64,000 nt of DNA from contig JAVEZS010000001.1 in the NCBI GenBank assembly GCA_034002885.1, positions 103,654 through 167,653 of the forward strand. The letters run 5' to 3'. The translations under genes were made by a program, and so were the position numbers. The notes under the pieces are model-generated. The model was not told where the DNA came from. It did not search any database and saw nothing but the letters and a program-made list of their open reading frames with translations. This DNA comes from Bacteroidales bacterium (lineage in GTDB: Bacteria > Bacteroidota > Bacteroidia > Bacteroidales > VadinHA17). Positions 58,000 to 64,000 of the stretch are shown here, one piece after another. The stretch's first letter is position 1. The number at the start of each line of letters is the position of its first letter.

Positions 58000-59436
58000 A
58001 TGAGCGGACTAACTCAAATTCCATATGGAACGGCAATACTGGAAATAACCTATATAATTGCCTCGGTATTGTTTGTCATCGGACTCAGGATGCTCAGCCA
58101 CCCTCTCACGGCAAGAAGGGGGAATATCCTTGCGGCGTTCGGCATGGCCTTTGCAATTGTCGCAACCATATTATTCCATGAAAAGGATGGTGAGCCCATA
58201 GGCAATATTCCTCTTATAATAGCAGCTATTGCAGTAGGGACTGTAATAGGCTGGCTGATTGCCAGGAAGGTAAGGATGACTGCCATGCCTCAGCTAGTTT
58301 CTTTTTTCAACGGGATGGGAGGAGCTGCTGCGGCCCTGATCTCGCTGATGGAATTTCCCCATGTCAGTCCCGGGCTGATAGCATCTTCCGGGATGGCTAA
58401 CGGACATGTACTTGCAATTCTTCTCGGCCTGGTGATAGGTACTGTTTCCTTTTCGGGAAGCATGATAGCATTCGGCAAGCTTGACGGAAGAATAGGGGAC
58501 CTTCGTGTGAAAGCCATGCGATATGTAAACATTGCCTTTCTGATTGTTATCGCAGGATTCATAGTATTCATCATGACCCGCGATGTCAGTGCAAGTTCTG
58601 AGCTTTCACGGTTTGTTTATATCGTTTTTGGTATCTCGGTAGTTTACGGGATCCTTTTCGTTATGCCCATCGGCGGTGCCGACATGCCTGTGGTGATATC
58701 GCTTCTGAACTCTTTTACGGGTGTAGCGGCTGCGATGGGAGGCTTTCTTTACAACAACCAGGCGATGCTTACCGGTGGTATTCTTGTGGGTTCTGCCGGT
58801 ACAATCCTGACAATTCTGATGTGCAGGGCAATGAACAGATCGCTTCTTAACGTAATCGTCGGCGTATTTGGAGGTGGCGGTTCAGCTGCCAGCACTGAAG
58901 CGGGTACGATAAAGGAGATAACCCTTTCGGATGCCGCGGTCCTTCTCAGTTATTCGAGAAAGATCGTCATAGTACCGGGTTACGGCCTCGCAGTTGCTCA
59001 GGCTCAGCACATATGCCATGAACTTGACAGGCTCCTTGAGGAGAAAGGAGTTGAAGTTAAATATGCAATTCACCCCGTTGCAGGAAGGATGCCCGGTCAT
59101 ATGAATGTGCTACTTGCTGAAGCTGACGTTCCGTACGAGCAGCTTGTTGAAAGTGATGAAATAAATCCTGATCTGCCTAACACTGATGTCCTTATTGTCA
59201 TCGGGGCCAATGATGTTGTCAATCCGGCAGCCGAAGATGATCCGTCAAGTCCTATTTACGGCATGCCCATTGTAAAGGCACGCGATGCGAAAAACATAAT
59301 CGTGATGAAGAGGGGAATGGGGAAAGGTTATGCTGCAATAGAGAATATGCTTTTCTTTAACGATAAGACAAGAATGCTCTTCGGAGACGCTAAAACCACA
59401 CTGCAGAATCTGGTCAGTGAAATAAAGAACCTATGA
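58000..59436 (+). CDS. pntB: NAD(P) transhydrogenase subunit beta (PntB)
   Basis: Membrane N-half, and a C-terminal dIII with VPGYGLAVAQAQH and GANDVVNPAA. Confidence 0.9.
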   Translation: MSGLTQIPYGTAILEITYIIASVLFVIGLRMLSHPLTARRGNILAAFGMAFAIVATILFHEKDGEPIGNIPLIIAAIAVGTVIGWLIARKVRMTAMPQLVSFFNGMGGAAAALISLMEFPHVSPGLIASSGMANGHVLAILLGLVIGTVSFSGSMIAFGKLDGRIGDLRVKAMRYVNIAFLIVIAGFIVFIMTRDVSASSELSRFVYIVFGISVVYGILFVMPIGGADMPVVISLLNSFTGVAAAMGGFLYNNQAMLTGGILVGSAGTILTILMCRAMNRSLLNVIVGVFGGGGSAASTEAGTIKEITLSDAAVLLSYSRKIVIVPGYGLAVAQAQHICHELDRLLEEKGVEVKYAIHPVAGRMPGHMNVLLAEADVPYEQLVESDEINPDLPNTDVLIVIGANDVVNPAAEDDPSSPIYGMPIVKARDAKNIIVMKRGMGKGYAAIENMLFFNDKTRMLFGDAKTTLQNLVSEIKNL

Positions 59437-61214
59437 GCGTAACTTCTGAAAGGTTGGCTTTGCTGAGGGAAGCTATTCATCAGGGCGACATGGATTTTTT
59501 TATCATCACGATGACTGATCCCCACCTGAGTGAAAATCTTCCCGACCACTGGCAGATAATAAAATGGCTTACGGGTTTCTCGGGATCCTCAGCTACTGTT
59601 GTTGTTACAGATTCCTTTGCCGGCTTATGGACCGACTCAAGATACTTTATCCAGGCCGAACGGCAGCTGGCTGGTACCGGTTTTCAGTTCATCCGCCCGG
59701 GCACCTGGCAGAGGAATGATTACATGGATTATATTGTTGAGAATGTCAGACCGAAGCAGCGAATAGGCTTTGACGGGAGAACATTCTCAGTAAACTCTTT
59801 CAGGCGTCTTTTAAAAAGGGTGGAAGGCATCAATCCCTCACTCGTTGCAGGAAATGACGTAATTGACAAAATCTGGGCCGACAGGCCTCCCATGCCTTTC
59901 TCAGTCGGATTTGATCATCCTGTAAAATACTGTGGTAAAGAGAGATCGGTAAAGATTGAGGAGGTAAGGCAGGAAATGAAAAAGACTGGTGCGGATTTCC
60001 ATCTTATTACATCTCCCGAAGACGTAATGTGGCTCCTGAACATCAGGGGGGCCGATCTGCAATACACTCCGGTTCTGTTATGCTATGCCCTTTTGGGCAT
60101 GGAGCAGATACTACTTTTCATTGATGAAGCAAAGATTCCTTTGAAGCTTGCTTCTCTTTTCGACAGTCTCGGAATCGTTATTCTTCCATATGATGATTTT
60201 GATGAGATAGTTCCGGAAGTGACAGGAGACCATTCCTTATTGCTTAATCCCCAGACAACCTCGTTCGACCTCTTCAATTCCGTCTCCAAGAGATCAAAGA
60301 TAATCGAGGACACAGGTATACCGGCCAGGATGAAAGCTGTTAAGAACCATACAGAGATTGAGAATATCGGGAAATCGATGGTAAAAGACGGCGTTGCTCT
60401 TACAAGGTTCTTTCACTGGTTCGAAAGCAATCATGGCATCATTCGGATGTCGGAGAAGTCAGTTGCTGAAAAGAACCACGAATTCAGGTCGCAACAGAGT
60501 GAATTCCTTGGCCTTTCATTTTCAACGATAATTGCCTGGAATGAGAACAGCGCCCTTCCTCATTACCGGAGAGGTGCTGATGAAGGTGCGGAGATAGGGG
60601 ACAGGGGCTTGATGCTTGTTGATTCCGGGAGCCAGTACATGGGAGGGACAACTGACATCACACGTACAGTAGCAGCAGGTGTGCCGTCGGAAAGTCAGAA
60701 AAGGGATTTTACCCTGATTCTGAAAGGACATATAAATCTGGCTCTGGCAAAGTTTCCGCAGGGAACAAGAGGATACCAGCTCGACCTTATTGCCAGACGA
60801 TCAATGTGGGGCTCGGGGATGAACTATGCACACGGAACAGGACATGGAGTGGGATTCTGCCTGAATGTTCACGAAGGACCCCAGAGTATCAGTCCTGCTG
60901 ATAACCGGACTGTTCTCGAGGCAGGAATGCTCACCTCAAATGAACCTGCTATTTACCGCGAGGGGGAGTATGGCATAAGGACCGAAAACCTGATTCTCTG
61001 CTATGAGGACGAGGTAACGGAATTCGGTCATTTCCTCAGGTTCGACACGGTATCTCTTTGCTATATTGACAGAACGCTTATCGAAAGGTCACTTCTCGAA
61101 GAGAAAGAGATTGAATGGCTCAACTCATATCAATCGGAAGTGTATGACAGAATAAGCCCGTTTCTTGAGCAGGAAGAGAAAGAATGGCTCAGGATGAAAA
61201 CCGAAGCCCTGTAG
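59433..61214 (+). CDS. Xaa-Pro aminopeptidase (M24B, creatinase-N domains)
   Basis: HGTGHGVGFCLNVHEGP and the SNEPAIY metal-ligand region. 593 aa. Its start overlaps the pntB stop in an ATGA. Confidence 0.85.
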   Translation: MSVTSERLALLREAIHQGDMDFFIITMTDPHLSENLPDHWQIIKWLTGFSGSSATVVVTDSFAGLWTDSRYFIQAERQLAGTGFQFIRPGTWQRNDYMDYIVENVRPKQRIGFDGRTFSVNSFRRLLKRVEGINPSLVAGNDVIDKIWADRPPMPFSVGFDHPVKYCGKERSVKIEEVRQEMKKTGADFHLITSPEDVMWLLNIRGADLQYTPVLLCYALLGMEQILLFIDEAKIPLKLASLFDSLGIVILPYDDFDEIVPEVTGDHSLLLNPQTTSFDLFNSVSKRSKIIEDTGIPARMKAVKNHTEIENIGKSMVKDGVALTRFFHWFESNHGIIRMSEKSVAEKNHEFRSQQSEFLGLSFSTIIAWNENSALPHYRRGADEGAEIGDRGLMLVDSGSQYMGGTTDITRTVAAGVPSESQKRDFTLILKGHINLALAKFPQGTRGYQLDLIARRSMWGSGMNYAHGTGHGVGFCLNVHEGPQSISPADNRTVLEAGMLTSNEPAIYREGEYGIRTENLILCYEDEVTEFGHFLRFDTVSLCYIDRTLIERSLLEEKEIEWLNSYQSEVYDRISPFLEQEEKEWLRMKTEAL

Positions 61215-61248
61215 GTCAGTCGGCTTTTCTTTATTCCGGGTATCCCAT

Positions 61249-63309
61249 CTATCTTATTTCGTCAACAATCTGCCGGATATCAATAAGTGGAAATTCAGTT
61301 ATCCTGAGTTTTGCACTTCCATAAGGAACCAGACGGATCATTTCGGCAATGCCTTCAGGGGTAACCGGACTACGGGGTGGAATTCCGGCTGAGTTGTTCT
61401 CAATGGTCCATCCGGCGATCTTCATACCTCTGGTTTCTATAACAACGGGAGCGTCCTTATCCCATGGAATGTATCTGGCAGAATCGGCCGACCATATCAT
61501 GTCGCCCCTGTCAGCAAACGGATATTTGCTTATTTCATTCTCGGTTATTTCTATGCCTCTTCCAAGATTGTTCAGATCTATTACCAGGCCATAATTCCAG
61601 GGACTCTTCGGATATATTTCCCAGTCTACACTTCCCTTGTATGCGAAGTTGTCGTAGTTGATCTTTACACTTTTGTAATCCTTTTCAATCCTTAATGAAT
61701 ACACAATGGGTCCCCTCATTACGGTAACTGAATTGTTATATCGTTTCTCAGTGCGTATCTCCATCGGCAGGCTGAGCGTTACCACATCACCCGGATCCCA
61801 GCGGGCATACAGTCTGACGGTCGATCCTCCCGCTGCTTCAGTAGTTTTGTTTTTATACTTTATAACAGCCTTATCAGCCCAGCCGGGTATTCTGAGATAG
61901 AAAGGGAAATTGACAGGGTCGTCCGATCCGAACTCAAATTTTACCTCGCCTTTAAAAGGATAGTCTGTAGTTTCTGTTATTACCACTTCTTTCCCGTTCC
62001 CTGCTTTTGCAGTGACTGTCGATGGAGAATAGGTGACAGCAATTAGTCCGTTGTCGTTCGTTGCCATCCATAGACTCTGGGTGAATTTGGGCCAGCCCTG
62101 GTGCATGTTAGCCAGGCAGCACGCGAAGTTTGGCATAAGCCCGTAAATATTCGAATAGTTGCCGTTTGTGCTCCACGCCCTTTTGTCTCCGTTCACTATC
62201 ACCTGATTCGACTGCTGATCGTACTGATGGGCCCACATGTCGGCTGTTGTTGTTCCGGGCAGGGCATTGAAAGCGAGTAGTTCGAGCCTGTCGGCGAGTT
62301 TGTTGTCGCCAAAAATTGAATAGAGCTCTTCAAGCGAGTACATATATTCCACCACGGCACACAGTTCAGTTCCCCTGTCGGGCGACTTTCCCGAAAGATG
62401 CTCATCGCCTGAAAATCTTCCTCCTGCCTGGCCATGATTGAGGTCATACTTTTCAATGCCCGAGAAAACGGCATTTCTGTACCTTTCTTCTCCCGACTGC
62501 TGGTACCAGAGCCCGGGATACTTGATTGCCATGGCATTGTTCACCACATGGGCGGTAAGTCCTTCGGGGCCCCAGTTAAGAGGTATCTTCCCGTCGGCCG
62601 AAGCAGCAGAGTCCCAGGGGAACTTTTCATAATAGCCGGTCCAGTCGAAGCTGTTTTTCTGAATTGATTCAATGACTTCTGTTATCCATTCCTCTCCGGT
62701 CTGTCTTAGCAGCCAGTATCCCGTTACAGCGTTCTCCATCGCCCTTACTCCCCGCCAGTCTTTGTCGGGCCAGTCGGGGGGAGTATCATGCAGGTACCTG
62801 AAGTATCGCGTCAGTACATCAAGGGCCCGCTTATCGCCGCTTGCTTCATAGTATTGCATCAGCACTTTTCCGGCAACGGCAAGAGGCCAGCGGTCAGTGT
62901 TCTTCTGAGGTCCATACCATCCTGTGTCAGTTGCACTTGCAAGGATGGGTTCGATCCAGTCGCTCACCTTGCTTTTCAGCCTTTCATCGTCAAGTTGAAA
63001 AGCCAGCGGCACCAGTCCATCCAGAAAATAGGGTCCTCTTTCCCATGCTTCTCCGTCCTTTCCTCTCCATGAAGAATTAACAAGGTCGGGCCAGAAATCA
63101 TCAACATTTCCGGTAAGACCTTCTGCCTGGGCCTCAAGTTGTGATTTCAACCATCCTTCAGGCTTTACCGCCCCTAGAGGAAGCTTTATGTAGGCATTCT
63201 GGCTGAGGGTTTCCGGATTTCCCGGGTAGTTGATATTCTCATGTTTACCTGAGCAGCCAGAAAGAAGCAATAATGCTGCGAGTGATATTGTTAATGCTTT
63301 TTTATTCAT
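61249..63309 (-). CDS. GH127/GH146-like glycoside hydrolase (DUF1680, beta-L-arabinofuranosidase family) lipoprotein
   Basis: Lipobox LLLSGCSG. GTELCAVVEY (E-x-C) and the NFACCLANMHQGWPKF Cys-Cys motif are characteristic of the zinc/cysteine site of this family. Confidence 0.75.
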   Translation of the reverse strand: MNKKALTISLAALLLLSGCSGKHENINYPGNPETLSQNAYIKLPLGAVKPEGWLKSQLEAQAEGLTGNVDDFWPDLVNSSWRGKDGEAWERGPYFLDGLVPLAFQLDDERLKSKVSDWIEPILASATDTGWYGPQKNTDRWPLAVAGKVLMQYYEASGDKRALDVLTRYFRYLHDTPPDWPDKDWRGVRAMENAVTGYWLLRQTGEEWITEVIESIQKNSFDWTGYYEKFPWDSAASADGKIPLNWGPEGLTAHVVNNAMAIKYPGLWYQQSGEERYRNAVFSGIEKYDLNHGQAGGRFSGDEHLSGKSPDRGTELCAVVEYMYSLEELYSIFGDNKLADRLELLAFNALPGTTTADMWAHQYDQQSNQVIVNGDKRAWSTNGNYSNIYGLMPNFACCLANMHQGWPKFTQSLWMATNDNGLIAVTYSPSTVTAKAGNGKEVVITETTDYPFKGEVKFEFGSDDPVNFPFYLRIPGWADKAVIKYKNKTTEAAGGSTVRLYARWDPGDVVTLSLPMEIRTEKRYNNSVTVMRGPIVYSLRIEKDYKSVKINYDNFAYKGSVDWEIYPKSPWNYGLVIDLNNLGRGIEITENEISKYPFADRGDMIWSADSARYIPWDKDAPVVIETRGMKIAGWTIENNSAGIPPRSPVTPEGIAEMIRLVPYGSAKLRITEFPLIDIRQIVDEIR

Positions 63310-63342
63310 TGGTGGAGGTGTGATAATTCATATAAAAATACA

Positions 63343-64000
63343 TTAATTCTGATCGGTTTCACCTAACTTCCTGAGGTTTGGATTTACACTCCTGTAGATG
63401 TCCACAGCCTCAAAGACCTGTATCATGTCGAACCAGGCTGTTCCCTTTCCCGGCATCCTGAGGACTGCGTTTACCCTGGGTGAGGGAATGGTGTCGGAAG
63501 GAATTGTAACAGATGTTACAAACTGTCTCCATTCATTGGCCGGACAGAACTTCTTCTTTCCATAATCGCCGAGCCCGAGTTCAAAGCAGGGCTTGTCCCT
63601 GCCATAGTTAAGTGTCGTGTCGGTTTTTGCCATCACCGTAATAATATAGGTTTTACCCTTCTGCACATTTACCGGAAAAAATCTGAGGCGTGTCCCCCTG
63701 TTTTCTATGGGAGTCACGAGCCGCAGTGAGTGTGCCCCCTCATAGTATTCCCGGGTGTCAGTGAAAAAGGTTGCCCCTCTGTCGCCCTCATTCCATGCAT
63801 AGGTGGCTGCAGGGATCCCCGGACTGGAAAGATCCTCAAATCCGGGATCCGATGTGAGGTTTCCCCTGTATGGCCTGATATCTTCCTTTAAATGTGCGAT
63901 ATCGATCAGATAAACCTGTGAACCCAGGGCAGGTAAGTAATCGGAAATTGTTCCCGAACTCAGGGTAATAGTTCTGTTTTCAAACAAAACCCTTGCCCTT
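63343..64000 (-). CDS. C-terminal part of a larger secreted protein with a CBM-like beta-sandwich domain. The 5-prime end lies outside the window.
   Basis: The frame stays open to the window edge; the TTG at 63987 is internal. The SDPGFEDL...W....GAHSLRL pattern resembles carbohydrate-binding modules. Confidence 0.5.
   Translation of the reverse strand, partial: RARVLFENRTITLSSGTISDYLPALGSQVYLIDIAHLKEDIRPYRGNLTSDPGFEDLSSPGIPAATYAWNEGDRGATFFTDTREYYEGAHSLRLVTPIENRGTRLRFFPVNVQKGKTYIITVMAKTDTTLNYGRDKPCFELGLGDYGKKKFCPANEWRQFVTSVTIPSDTIPSPRVNAVLRMPGKGTAWFDMIQVFEAVDIYRSVNPNLRKLGETDQN

Noticed and set aside
1-64000. A search for tRNA, rRNA, tmRNA, CRISPR arrays, IS elements, integrases, toxin-antitoxin pairs or defence-island genes
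   Set aside because: No intergenic region is large enough or shows the expected signatures (T-loop GGTTCGAATCC, regular repeat-spacer periodicity, inverted terminal repeats). Every sizeable ORF has a housekeeping or metabolic assignment. The window looks like core chromosome rather than an accessory island.

Overview
This is a chromosomal, housekeeping-rich segment that looks like an anaerobic, proteolytic member of the Bacteroidota. Supporting signs are a SusC/SusD pair, TAnnTTTG -7 promoter boxes upstream of many genes, a nusB-DUF1573-yajC-ybbR-coaE block and an ftsK-lolA pair. I count about 56 protein-coding genes with very little non-coding DNA. By eye I found no rRNA, tRNA, CRISPR array, integrase, transposase or phage genes.

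Functional themes, in window order:
- fabI 3-prime end.
- Histidine catabolism tail (hutI plus a fused formimidoyltransferase-cyclodeaminase).
- An orphan SusC/SusD pair.
- Envelope and division genes (NlpC/P60, PgpH-like HD phosphohydrolase, LolA, FtsK).
- Carbamate kinase plus ornithine carbamoyltransferase, and agmatinase.
- A translation/secretion housekeeping block.
- An ECF sigma module, a patatin-Omp85 protein and YgiQ.
- A cluster of four exopeptidases around a three-gene pntAA-pntAB-pntB transhydrogenase.
- A GH127-like hydrolase at the right edge.

The most unusual locus is 41.3-49.8 kb on the minus strand. It holds an Hnd/Hyd-type multimeric [FeFe]-hydrogenase (HndB-like 2Fe-2S protein, NuoF-like, HydA, NuoE-like). 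Directly upstream sit six tightly overlapping genes: DRTGG, a small GHKL kinase-like protein, a HydS-like sensory hydrogenase homologue, DRTGG, a PHP phosphoesterase and a GHKL ATPase. None of these six has a recognisable DNA-binding, receiver or phospho-acceptor domain. A perfect 16-bp tandem repeat sits on the promoter of this cluster. This putative H2/redox-sensing module is my best candidate for an under-described system. The rest of the window is ordinary core genome. All calls rest on motifs read from the supplied translations; no database search was run.
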